From: an uncultured Eubacteriales bacterium
GTDB lineage: Bacteria > Bacillota > Clostridia > Oscillospirales > Oscillospiraceae
Assembly: GCA_900319695.1 (NCBI GenBank)
Contig: ONPN01000026.1
Location: 3,063 to 67,062, forward strand
Length of the DNA stretch: 64,000 bases
Reading direction: 5' to 3'
The stretch's first letter is position 1, and every line of letters starts with the position of its first letter. This document shows positions 46,256-55,487 of this stretch, piece after piece. A model generated the notes under the pieces. That model was given only the letters and a program-made list of their open reading frames with translations. It did no database searches and was not told the DNA's origin. A program made the translations under genes and the position numbers.

Positions 46256-48232
46256 TTATCCCTCCACCGGTTTGAGCACCATGGCCGTCCGCGGGGGCAG
46301 GGCGAGGCTGAGCGCCGGGGAGTTCCGGCCGGGGACGCAGGCGGAGCGGAGCTCGTGCCCGATGTTGTCAAAGCCGCCGTAGCAGCCGTCGTCGGTGGTG
46401 AACAAAACCTCGTGGTCACGCCCGATAGAGACGGGGACGATATAGTCCTTGCGGGTGTGAACGGGGTCAAAGTTGAACACGAAGACCAGGCCGCCGCGCT
46501 CGAAGGCCAGGATGTGGTCATCCTGACTCAGATGCAGGAGGTGGGCCGTGCCGTCGGCCAGAATGTCGTACTTGCGGAAGGTGTGGATCATGTCGTGGTC
46601 AAAGAGGTTGAGCTGCCCGTATTTCAGATAGCCGTTTTCAATCAGGCTCCACTGGCGGCGGCAGTACTTGTAGTCCCAGCCGTTACCCTCGCGCGGAAAG
46701 TCGATCCACTCGGGGTGGCCGAACTCGTTGCCCATGAAGTTGAGGTAGCCGTTGCCGCCGGCGGAGGCGGTCAGCAGGCGCAGCATCTTGTGCAGGGCGA
46801 CGGCGCGGTCGATGACCTCGTTATGGCAGGCGCGGTCCATGTCGGTGTACATATGGGCCCCCGCCAGGCGGAACATGATGGTCTGATCCCCGACGAGGGC
46901 CTGATCGTGGCTCTCCACATAGGCGATGGTGGCGGCCATGCGGTCGGTGAGCTCGTGCCAGATATAGGCCAGACCCCAGTCCTCGTCCTTCGCCCAGAGA
47001 ACCTGCTTGATCCACATGTCGGGCAGGCCCATCGCGAGGCGGTAATCAAAGCCGATGCCGCCCTCTTCGACCTTCACGGTCATGCCGGGCATGCCGGACA
47101 TGTCCTCCGCAATGGAGATCGCGGCGGGATTGAGCTCATGGATCAGCTCGTTTGCCAGCTGCAAATAGGTGATGGCCTCGGTGTCGGTGTTCATGGAGAA
47201 GTACATTTTCAGATTCGAGAACGCCGCGCCCAGACCGTGGTCATGGTAGAGCATACTGGTCACGCCGTCGAAGCGGAAGCCGTCGAAGTGGTACTCCTCC
47301 ATCCAGAACTTGAGGTTGGAGAGCAGAAAATGGATGACCTCGGTCTTGCCGTAGTTGAAGCACTTGGTATCCCAGGCGGGGTGATCGCCCGCGCGCCCGG
47401 CGCGGAAGAACTGCGTGTCCGTGCCGTCGAAGCGGTTGATGCCCTCCACGGTGTTCTTGACCGCGTGGGAGTGTACCACGTCCAGCAGCACCGCAATGCC
47501 CATGCCGTGGGCCTTGTCCACGAGGTATTTGAGATCCTCGGGATAGCCGAAGCGGCTGGAGGCGGCGAAGAAGTTCGACACCTGATAGCCGAAGGAGCCG
47601 TAGAAGGGGTGCTCCATGATCGCCATGATCTGTATGGTGTTGTAGCCCAGATACTTCACCCGGGGCAGCACGTTGTCCGCAAACTCCCGGTAGGTGCCGA
47701 CGCGGTACTCCTCGGTCGCCATGCCGACATGGGTCTCGTAGATGAACAGATGCGCTTCCGGCGTGAAGCCCTTGTCCGTCCAGGCGTAGGGCTCGATGGG
47801 GTCCCAGACCTCGCAGATCCACTCAAAGCTCGTCTGATCCTGAATCACGCGGCGGGCGTAGAGCGGGATGTGCCAGCTGAGCTGGGCCCCGTTTCGCACC
47901 ACGGTCTTGACGCGCATCCCGTCGCGCAGCGTCTCCTCGGGCAGCCACAGCTCCCAGTTCCCGCTGCCGATATAGGTCATGGGCGCGGCGTCCGCGGCCC
48001 AGTCGTTGAACTCACCGGACAGATACAGCGCGTCCGCGCCGGGGGCCCACTCGCGGTAGACCCAGCCGTGATCGGTGTGATGGAAGCCGTAGTATTCGTG
48101 GGCATTTGCAAAGTCGCTGAGAGATCCGCCGCCTGTGAGCAGCCTGTGCATCCTGTAATAATTGTCCATGCGCAGATTGATGTCCCGCTCAAACGGGCGC
48201 AGCGCGCTGTCTCTCTCAATGATCGGATACAC
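46256..48232 (-). CDS. glgB: 1,4-alpha-glucan branching enzyme (GH13, eukaryote-like subfamily)
   Basis: 658 aa, GTG start. GH13 regions VVHSHA, FDGFRFDGVTSMLY, IAEDMSGMPG, YVESHDQALVGD. Confidence 0.85.
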   Translation of the reverse strand: MYPIIERDSALRPFERDINLRMDNYYRMHRLLTGGGSLSDFANAHEYYGFHHTDHGWVYREWAPGADALYLSGEFNDWAADAAPMTYIGSGNWELWLPEETLRDGMRVKTVVRNGAQLSWHIPLYARRVIQDQTSFEWICEVWDPIEPYAWTDKGFTPEAHLFIYETHVGMATEEYRVGTYREFADNVLPRVKYLGYNTIQIMAIMEHPFYGSFGYQVSNFFAASSRFGYPEDLKYLVDKAHGMGIAVLLDVVHSHAVKNTVEGINRFDGTDTQFFRAGRAGDHPAWDTKCFNYGKTEVIHFLLSNLKFWMEEYHFDGFRFDGVTSMLYHDHGLGAAFSNLKMYFSMNTDTEAITYLQLANELIHELNPAAISIAEDMSGMPGMTVKVEEGGIGFDYRLAMGLPDMWIKQVLWAKDEDWGLAYIWHELTDRMAATIAYVESHDQALVGDQTIMFRLAGAHMYTDMDRACHNEVIDRAVALHKMLRLLTASAGGNGYLNFMGNEFGHPEWIDFPREGNGWDYKYCRRQWSLIENGYLKYGQLNLFDHDMIHTFRKYDILADGTAHLLHLSQDDHILAFERGGLVFVFNFDPVHTRKDYIVPVSIGRDHEVLFTTDDGCYGGFDNIGHELRSACVPGRNSPALSLALPPRTAMVLKPVEG

Positions 48233-48430
48233 GGGAAAACCCCCTTTATATCTTTATATCGGGATAATCATTCTATGATGATTCTATCAAAAAGCCGCGC
48301 CGCTGTAAACAGACATTCGATGTCCGGTGTACAGTTTTCCCAACGATACAAAAAATTAATATCTCCCCGTTTTCATTTGGCCTTCCCCGTGCTAAAATGA
48401 AGCCAAGCAACACGGACGGAGCGTGATGGC

Positions 48431-48934
48431 ATGGCGGAAAATCAAATCAAATCCGGTTACGACCGGGAGCATCGGGGCGCGATTCGGCGCTTTCGTGTGC
48501 TGCTGGGACTTGCCGTGCTGCTGGCGGTGATCTTTGGGCTGCTGATCGGCTTTGCAATCCTGCGCGACGATGGGATGCGCCCCGACTACAAGAGCGGCAG
48601 CTTTGTGGCCTATCTGCGCGTGGGGCGCAGCTTCCGAAGGGGCGACACGGTATGCCTGCGTCTGCCGGACGGAAACGCCGCCGTGCGCCGCGTCGTGGCG
48701 GTCGAGGGCGACAGCGTGGACGTGCGCGACGGCATCGCCTACATCAACGGTCTGGCCGAGCGCGGCAGCTACAGCTTCACCCGCACCGATCGCCGCGAGG
48801 ACGGCCCGATCTACCCCGTCATCCTTCGCGCCGGGGAGTACTTCGTCCTGGGCGACTCCCGGGAGACGGCGGTGGACTCCCGCAGCTTCGGCCCCGTCCG
48901 CGCGGACGAACTGCTGGGCAGGCCGTTATTCTGA
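48431..48934 (+). CDS. signal peptidase I (S26) homolog lacking the Ser/Lys catalytic dyad
   Basis: TM anchor plus S26 boxes, but box B reads DDGMRPDY (expected xSMxPT) and box D reads AVRRVVAVEGD (expected xxKRxxGxPGD). Box E GDSRETAVDSR is intact. Confidence 0.7.
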   Translation: MAENQIKSGYDREHRGAIRRFRVLLGLAVLLAVIFGLLIGFAILRDDGMRPDYKSGSFVAYLRVGRSFRRGDTVCLRLPDGNAAVRRVVAVEGDSVDVRDGIAYINGLAERGSYSFTRTDRREDGPIYPVILRAGEYFVLGDSRETAVDSRSFGPVRADELLGRPLF

Positions 48935-48943
48935 TAATTTCAT

Positions 48944-48980
48944 AAAAAAACCTCCCACAATTATGTGAGAGGTTTTTTAT
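48944..48980. terminator. bidirectional terminator
   Basis: aaaaaaacctcccaca-attat-gtgagaggtttttt between convergent genes. Confidence 0.8.
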
Positions 48981-48991
48981 TGGAAACAGAA

Positions 48992-49987
48992 TCAGTCATT
49001 TACAATGGAGGCGATCATATATGTGGTGAGGCGGCTGAAGTCCTCGTCGTTGGCGGGCCAGAAGGTGATCTCTACGCAGTCCTTACCGGCGTTGAGAACC
49101 ACGCTGGACGTATCGAACTCCGTGTTCTGGTAGGTAAAGGTGCTGTAACCATTGACCATGGTCGGCTCCGGAGCGGTGCAGTTGTCATACCCCTCTATTT
49201 CCTCGGCGTACTCGGCTATCGTCTGGTCGTCGTAGTAATAGACAGTGAAACCGGACACGTCGTCCGCGTCAGCGTAGTACCCGTAGCAGCCCTCCGCGGT
49301 ATCCTCATCGGTCAGCTCCTGCTCTGTCAGAAGCGAGGGAACCCACATCTTGAGGTGAATCTCATCGAACGCGACGAAATCGCCGTCCGGATCGGCCTTC
49401 TTCGCGTCAGCCTCAACGTCTTCCCAGTTCAGCGTCGGCGTGGTCGGACTGACAGACAGGAGCATGTTCTTGATGTAAGGCTTGTACGCCTCATACTGGT
49501 CGTCGCTCGGCGCGCTGATGACGCCGGTGATCAGGCCGTTGTTGTCGGTCAGCATTCCAAAACCGGACACCATGGTATCCATGTTGTCGAAAACTACGCA
49601 GGGGATGCCGTTGAGATCGGCGTACGCGGTGGTCGTCATGGTGGCGGCAAGCTCCTGGGCGAGCTGGTCGAGGTCATAGCCCTTCGGCGTCTCCGCCACG
49701 GTGACGGTCACATTGGCGCCGCCGCCCTCTTCACCGGCCTGGAACGCCAGACCCGCGGCCGCCTGCTCCGCCGGGATATTCACAAGGATCCAGTCCACAG
49801 GCAGATACATGTCAAAGCCGAGTCCGGTGCTTATCCAGGCACCCTCATAGACGGAGCTGTCCATGTCGTGATAGTCCATCTTGATAGGGGCGTCTGCGCT
49901 ATCCCCGTCGGCGTAAGCTGTCGTCGTCATAAGTCCTGCAAGAAGCGTCAGGACAAGAACAAATACGAGAATGCTTTTCTTGCTCAT
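48992..49987 (-). CDS. hypothetical secreted protein
   Basis: ORF 48992..50032; start moved to ATG 49987 (MSKKSILVFVLVLTLLAGLMTTTAYADG, a signal peptide) behind AAAGGA. Acidic mature part; no family recognised. Confidence 0.6.
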   Translation of the reverse strand: MSKKSILVFVLVLTLLAGLMTTTAYADGDSADAPIKMDYHDMDSSVYEGAWISTGLGFDMYLPVDWILVNIPAEQAAAGLAFQAGEEGGGANVTVTVAETPKGYDLDQLAQELAATMTTTAYADLNGIPCVVFDNMDTMVSGFGMLTDNNGLITGVISAPSDDQYEAYKPYIKNMLLSVSPTTPTLNWEDVEADAKKADPDGDFVAFDEIHLKMWVPSLLTEQELTDEDTAEGCYGYYADADDVSGFTVYYYDDQTIAEYAEEIEGYDNCTAPEPTMVNGYSTFTYQNTEFDTSSVVLNAGKDCVEITFWPANDEDFSRLTTYMIASIVND

Positions 49988-50081
49988 GGTGTTACCATCC
50001 TTTCCTTTATCAGGTGATAATAAGCCTATCACCTGTCGTGCAAAAAGTCAAGCGCGAACGATTACGCTGCCGTGTTTTTGT

Positions 50082-51344
50082 TCACCTGTCTTCGACCGGA
50101 AGTCCGCTCATCCAGCGGCGCATCATGTCGAAGGCGTGGTTGCCGGCCATGCGGCGGATGAAGCTGCGGGTGCGATTCCGGCCCATGTGCGTCTCGCGGA
50201 CGAAGGTCTGCCCCTCGACGGCGAGACCGATGAACACCGTCCCGACCTCGTGCACGCCGTCTCCGTCCGGCCCGGCGAGACCCGTAACGCTCACGGCCAT
50301 ATCGGTCTTGAGCCTTGCCCGGACGCCCTCGGCCATCGCGGCGGCCACCTCGCGCGATACGGCGGTCTTCTCCGCGAGCACGGCCGCATCCACGCCGAGC
50401 ATGGATTCCTTGACCTCGTTGACATAGCTCACAACGCCGCCTTTGAAAAACGCGCTCGCGCCGGGAAGCTCCGTAAAGCGCCGGGCGATGTCCCCGCCGG
50501 TGCAGCTCTCGGCGGCGGCAAAGCTCAGATTTTTCTCTTTGAGCAGGGCCATTACCGCCTCCTCCACACAGGAAAGATCCGTGCCGTACACATAGTCGCC
50601 CAGGCGCTCCTTCACATGCGCCATCACCGGGGCGATCATGGCCTCGGCCTTTTCTTCGCTCTCCGCCTTGGCCGTGATCTGCAGCAGGCAGTCGCACTCC
50701 TTGGCGTAGGGGGCCATGGTGGGATTGGTCATGCGGTTCATCTCGTCGGCAAAGAGATCGTCTACCGCGCTCTCACCGATGCCGAAGACGCACACCGAAT
50801 GGGACACGATCACCTCATCCGAGAGTTTTTTCAGCCAGGGCACGGCGCAGGCGGCGAACATGGGCACGCACTCCTTCGGCGGCCCCGGCAGCATCACGAC
50901 AAACTTGCCCTCCGCCTCAAAGGCGCAGCCGGGCGCGGTGCCCCAGAGATTGTGAAACACGGTGCAGCCCTCCGGCAGCAGGGCCTGCTGATGGACGTTC
51001 GGCGTGAGGCCGCGCCCCGTGCGGATGTACTCGAAGAGCCCCCGGTCCTCATCCTCGTTTTTGACCAGACGCAGCCCGAAACTCTCCGCCAGGACCTGCT
51101 TGGTCAGATCGTCGCAGGTGGGGCCGAGTCCGCCTGTGGTCACAATAATGTCGGCGCGCTGCTTGGCAATCTCCACACAGGCGCGCAGGCGCTCGGGATT
51201 GTCGCCCACGACGGTGTGGTATTTGACGTTGATCCCGATCTTCGACAGCATTTCGGAGATGTCGCGCGCGTCGGTGTTGGTCACGCGGCCGAGCAGCAGC
51301 TCCGTGCCGACGGAGAGGATCTCGGTGTCAAAGGCTTTCTTCAT
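50082..51344 (-). CDS. cinA: CinA family protein (competence/damage-inducible; MoCF + PncC-like domains)
   Basis: ORF 50082..51425; start moved to ATG 51344: MKKAFDTEILSVGTELLLGRVTNTDARDISEML...IVTTGGLGPTCDDLTK. Confidence 0.85.
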   Translation of the reverse strand: MKKAFDTEILSVGTELLLGRVTNTDARDISEMLSKIGINVKYHTVVGDNPERLRACVEIAKQRADIIVTTGGLGPTCDDLTKQVLAESFGLRLVKNEDEDRGLFEYIRTGRGLTPNVHQQALLPEGCTVFHNLWGTAPGCAFEAEGKFVVMLPGPPKECVPMFAACAVPWLKKLSDEVIVSHSVCVFGIGESAVDDLFADEMNRMTNPTMAPYAKECDCLLQITAKAESEEKAEAMIAPVMAHVKERLGDYVYGTDLSCVEEAVMALLKEKNLSFAAAESCTGGDIARRFTELPGASAFFKGGVVSYVNEVKESMLGVDAAVLAEKTAVSREVAAAMAEGVRARLKTDMAVSVTGLAGPDGDGVHEVGTVFIGLAVEGQTFVRETHMGRNRTRSFIRRMAGNHAFDMMRRWMSGLPVEDR

Positions 51345-52509
51345 GGCAAATCTCGATCCTTTCAAGCCCGGCCAGCGCCTCGCCGACCAGCGCCTCCACG
51401 TCGAGGGCGGCTTCCGCCTCCTCAACCTCCTTCACCGTCGGGCGTGTGCGCGGATGCTTCGGCGTGAAGACCGTGCAGCAGTCCTCATAGGGGAGAATGG
51501 ACGTGTCAAAGGTGCCGATCTTCCGCGCGAGGGCGACGATCTCCCCTTTGTCCATGCCGACCAGCGGCTGGAGCACCGGCAGATTCAGCACGGCCTGGGT
51601 GGACGCCATGGCCTCCATGGTCTGGCTCGCCACTTGGCCAAGGTTTTCGCCCGTCACGATGGCCTTGGCCCCGTTGTCGAGGGCGATGCGCTCGGCAATG
51701 CGCATCATGAAGCGGCGCATGATGAGGGTGAAATACTCCTCCGGGCACTTGTCGCGTATCTCCTCCTGAATGTGGGTGAAGGGCACGACCTCCATGCGCA
51801 TGCGCCCGCACCAGGGCGTGAGCAGCCTCGCCAGCTCAATGACCTTCTCCTTGGCCTGCTGGGAGGTATAGGGGAAGGAGAAAAAGTGTATCGGGATGAG
51901 CCTTACGCCGCGGCGCGCGATCATCCAGGTGGACACGGGGCTGTCGATGCCGCCGGACAGCAGGCTCACCGCCACGCCGTTGGAGCCGACCGGCATGCCG
52001 CCCGCGCCGGGCACGGGGGAGGCGTGGACATAGGCGGCGAGGTCGCGCACCTCAATATAAACGGTGAGCTCGGGGTTGTGCACGTCGACCTCAACTTCCG
52101 GGAAAGCCTCGTTCAGCTCCCCGCCGACATACTGGCTCAGCTCGACGCTGGTCATCGGGAAGGACTTGTCCGAGCGCTTGGACTCCACTTTGAAGCTCTT
52201 CGCGCGCAGCATCTCATCACGCAGATAGGTTTTGGCCAGATTGGCGATCGCGTCCTTGTCCTTTTCACAGGCGGCGGCGCGGGAGATCGCCACGATGCCG
52301 AAGACCTTTTTGAGCTCCTCAAAGGCCGCGTCCATGTCTGCCCCGTCGTCGCCCTCCACATAGATCGTGGACTGGAGGATGTAGACCCGGTATTTCCCGA
52401 GCTGGCTCAAGCGCCAACGGATATTGCCCAGCAGCTTCTGTTCAAAGCGCCGTCGGTTCAGGCCCTTGAGTATGATCTCGCCGACCTTTAAGAGAATGAT
52501 ATCGTTCAT
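51328..52509 (-). CDS. thiI: tRNA 4-thiouridine(8) synthase ThiI
   Basis: THUMP-type N-terminus, PP-loop SGGIDSPV, 393 aa. Overlaps the cinA start by 17 nt. Confidence 0.9.
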   Translation of the reverse strand: MNDIILLKVGEIILKGLNRRRFEQKLLGNIRWRLSQLGKYRVYILQSTIYVEGDDGADMDAAFEELKKVFGIVAISRAAACEKDKDAIANLAKTYLRDEMLRAKSFKVESKRSDKSFPMTSVELSQYVGGELNEAFPEVEVDVHNPELTVYIEVRDLAAYVHASPVPGAGGMPVGSNGVAVSLLSGGIDSPVSTWMIARRGVRLIPIHFFSFPYTSQQAKEKVIELARLLTPWCGRMRMEVVPFTHIQEEIRDKCPEEYFTLIMRRFMMRIAERIALDNGAKAIVTGENLGQVASQTMEAMASTQAVLNLPVLQPLVGMDKGEIVALARKIGTFDTSILPYEDCCTVFTPKHPRTRPTVKEVEEAEAALDVEALVGEALAGLERIEICHEESL

Positions 52510-52530
52510 ATGTTGCTCCTGTTTCTTGAT

Positions 52531-52797
52531 GAGTTTGGAGAGTTGAGAGTTGAGAGTGGAGTTGTGGAATCCGCTTCGCGGATGATTTTATACGAGTGGG
52601 CTTTCATAGGTTTCTGCGCAAAAGCTGTGTCAGGCAAGGCAAAGTCTGTAGAGCATGACGGGAATCTATGTTCAAGGTCTTCAATGAAGTATAGCGCAAA
52701 GATTGTCGGAAAGACATAAAAGCTTCAATCAAGGAAGATTATGAATTGTCGCGCAGCGACACCTTAACTCCACACTCCAAACTCCACACTTCACACT
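52531..52797. repeat. GGAGT/ACTCC-armed palindromic element, copy B, split by a ~145-nt insert
   Basis: Left half 52531-52596 (gagtttggagagttgagagttgagagtggagttgtggaatccgcttcgcggatgatttta). Right half 52745-52797 (ttgtcgcgcagcgacaccttaactccacactccaaactccacac). The intervening 52597-52744 is unrelated, lower-GC sequence. Confidence 0.75.
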
Positions 52798-52892
52798 GAT
52801 TCAAGCAGTATATCACAGCTTCCCGAAAAGCGCCATGCTTTATCGCATAAAAAACGGGCGAACGCATCGCGTTCGCCCGTGGGCGCTATGTA

Positions 52893-55298
52893 TTACCTGT
52901 TATGCCTATCCTTTTTGTCAAAGATCTCGTGCAGCTTGTCGACGGGCTTGGACTCGTCGTCAAAGTCATACTCCTCACCGCCGCTGTGCTTGCGCAGATA
53001 CAGCACATAGGCGATCAGGGCCGCCAGCGCCACGACTGCCACAACGAACAGAACCTTGACAAAGCCGTTCACGCCGGTGTTCCTGCGCGCGGGCGTCACG
53101 CTCGGCTGGGTGCTCGCTGTCGGGGCGGGCGTCGGCGTCACGCCGGGCATGAGGGCCGTCTCAGACGACGGCACAGGCGTCGCATACGGCGAGGGCGTCT
53201 GATACGGAGACGGCGTCTGATACGGAGACGGCGTCTGATACGGAGACGGCGTCTGATACGGAGACGGGGTCTGGTACGGCGAGGGCGTCTGGTACGGCGA
53301 CGGGGTCTGGTACGGAGACGGGGTCTGGTACGGAGACGGCGTGGCGGTGGGCCGTGTCGTCTGCGCCGCGCGGACATTGACGGTGTAGCTGGTGCTCGCG
53401 CCGCCGTAGCTCACGGTGATGGTCTGGGTGCCGGGCGTCGTGGCCACCTGCGGGGAGATGGAGTAGCCGCTCGTGACGGTCTGGGTGCCGCTGTTCGTCC
53501 TGACCTGGAGCGTCAGGCCCGAGGTGCTGATGCTGTCGCCGACTGTGTAGCTGCGGTTGGCGGGCATGTTCTGTACCCACAGGCCGGTGATGCGGTTGTC
53601 CTGCTCGACATTGACGGAGAAGGTGCAGGTCTTGCCTGCAAAGCTGACGGTCACGGTCTGCTTGCCGGAGCCGTTAAAGCGCGTGGGCGAGCAGTTGAGA
53701 CCCCAGTCCACGTCAAAGTAGCTGCCGTCGTAGGTGTAGGCGCGGATGGACAGGCCGTCCGTGTTGAGCTCCTCGCCCACCTTGTAGGTGGTCTTGTACG
53801 GGACTGTCAGCACGCCGATGCCGCGCACGCTGTCCAGAATCTTCTGGGCGGCGTCCTGGATGCTGGTCACGCTGACCGTGTAGCCGACGTTGAAGCCCTT
53901 GTAGCTCACCAGGACGTTGATGTTGCCGGATGTAAAGAGCGTCTGGGGAACGGCGGTGAAGCCGGACGTCGCGTACTCGGTGCTGCCGTCATCGTAGCGC
54001 AGCAGCAGGCGCAGGCCGGCGGTGTTGAGCGCCTCGCCCTCGGTGTAGGAGAGCTTGGACGGCATGGTGTCGATGCTCACGGAGGTGAGTTTGCGCTCGA
54101 CCACGGTGAAGATGACGGGCTCGGAGTCGGTATAGACCTGCTGGCCGTAGGCGCTGCTGGTCACGCGGCAGAAGTAGCCATAGCTGCCCTCTTGAGAGGT
54201 ATCCGGCATGTAATAGCTGTTTGTCGCGCCGTCAATGGGGGACGTATAGTAGCCGAGAGCTCTGTACCACTGATAGCTGAGGTTTTCGCCGGTTGCCCTG
54301 GCCTCCAGCACGGCCCGCTCCCCGGGACGGCAGGAGGTGCTGCCGGCGATCATCACCGTCGGCGCGGTGAGCGTGGGGGCGACTGTCGGCGTCGTGGTTT
54401 CAAGCGCGTCGAGCGGGATGTTGTAGAAGAGATCAAAGGGGTTTGAAGAGACGTTGTTGTTCGGCGTGGACGCAGCGGGCTCCGGGGAGGTGCCAAACAC
54501 CGAATCAATGGCGGTCGACAGGGTGCCGAGCAGCGAGGGCGCGTCTGTTACCGCAGGCATTTCGATCACCGCGGGCGTATCCGTCACCGTGGGCATTTCG
54601 ACCACGACGGGCGTATCCGTCACTGTGGGCGTATCAGGATTGGCAGGGGGATTGACCGTCTGGAGAGCGTCGGCAGGGATATCGTAGAAGTGATCAAAGG
54701 GATTGGGAGAGATATTGTTCGCCGTTGCCTGCGCGTCCTCAAGGGACTGCACCACCTCGACCGTGCAGTAGAAGAACGGATCGGACCAGATGAGGAAGGC
54801 ATAGGTACCCAGGCGTGCGGGTCTGCCGACCAGATAGAGGTAAAAATGCTCCTGCCCGTCGTCGGTCAGCGGCTCCGGGGTCTCCTCCGGCTCATCGCTG
54901 AGACCCTGGGCCTTCCGCCTGTTTTCCTCGACGATGTCCCAGCCGTTTTGGGCGTCAGGGCGGCGCAGCTTTTCCTGGCGCACCTCCACACGGCAGCCGC
55001 CGGGAAGCGAGGTCTCGTCCAGGACGCGCGCGTCTTTCGAGATCTCGCAGAGGCAGAGCTCCAGTTCCTCGTTGACGGCGCACTCGGCAAAGAGCAGGTG
55101 CTCCAGATCGATCGGCGTGCCGGAAATACTGACCGACTCCTGCGAGCCATCCAGATAATCCTTCAGCGAAAAAGCGGAGCTCGACGGGTTGAGCCAGTCG
55201 AACGACGACAAATCGTACCCCATGGCCAGGGCGGCCGGGCACAGAGAGAAGAGCAGCAGCACGGCCAGAGCCGCGGCGAGAAGCGATCTTTTTTTCAT
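52893..55298 (-). CDS. membrane-anchored cell-surface protein with Ig-like repeats and a TPSPYQ tandem linker
   Basis: ORF 52893..55529; start moved to ATG 55298 (MKKRSLLAAALAVLLLFSLCPAALA). Three similar ~85-aa repeats (..SV.I.T.P.K..Y..GE.L.T.GL...), a (TPSPYQ)x8 linker, one TM helix, and a short cytoplasmic tail. Confidence 0.75.
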   Translation of the reverse strand: MKKRSLLAAALAVLLLFSLCPAALAMGYDLSSFDWLNPSSSAFSLKDYLDGSQESVSISGTPIDLEHLLFAECAVNEELELCLCEISKDARVLDETSLPGGCRVEVRQEKLRRPDAQNGWDIVEENRRKAQGLSDEPEETPEPLTDDGQEHFYLYLVGRPARLGTYAFLIWSDPFFYCTVEVVQSLEDAQATANNISPNPFDHFYDIPADALQTVNPPANPDTPTVTDTPVVVEMPTVTDTPAVIEMPAVTDAPSLLGTLSTAIDSVFGTSPEPAASTPNNNVSSNPFDLFYNIPLDALETTTPTVAPTLTAPTVMIAGSTSCRPGERAVLEARATGENLSYQWYRALGYYTSPIDGATNSYYMPDTSQEGSYGYFCRVTSSAYGQQVYTDSEPVIFTVVERKLTSVSIDTMPSKLSYTEGEALNTAGLRLLLRYDDGSTEYATSGFTAVPQTLFTSGNINVLVSYKGFNVGYTVSVTSIQDAAQKILDSVRGIGVLTVPYKTTYKVGEELNTDGLSIRAYTYDGSYFDVDWGLNCSPTRFNGSGKQTVTVSFAGKTCTFSVNVEQDNRITGLWVQNMPANRSYTVGDSISTSGLTLQVRTNSGTQTVTSGYSISPQVATTPGTQTITVSYGGASTSYTVNVRAAQTTRPTATPSPYQTPSPYQTPSPYQTPSPYQTPSPYQTPSPYQTPSPYQTPSPYQTPSPYATPVPSSETALMPGVTPTPAPTASTQPSVTPARRNTGVNGFVKVLFVVAVVALAALIAYVLYLRKHSGGEEYDFDDESKPVDKLHEIFDKKDRHNR
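53183..53340. repeat. 18-nt tandem repeat (about 9 units) inside the surface-protein gene
   Basis: ggcgtctgatacggagac reiterated with few substitutions. It encodes TPSPYQ x8 plus TPSPYA on the minus strand. Confidence 0.9.
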
Positions 55299-55487
55299 GG
55301 CGGGTTCCTTTCTGAACGCAGATTCGGCGTCGTGCGTTCTGTAAAAATGATGGCACAAAACGCGCCTTTTGTCAACGGGGAGAGTTGGGGACGGGCTTTT
55401 GGGCGAGAAATATTTTTCCTGCTTGTTGGCAATTTCGGAGGGATTGTGATAAAATATAAATAAGAATGAGCGCAAGGAGGATGTCCC

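Noticed and set aside
53183-53340. Regular 18-nt repeats that could superficially look like a CRISPR array.
   Set aside because: The units are directly tandem with no spacers. They lie in frame inside a long CDS and encode TPSPYQ, so this is a coding tandem repeat.
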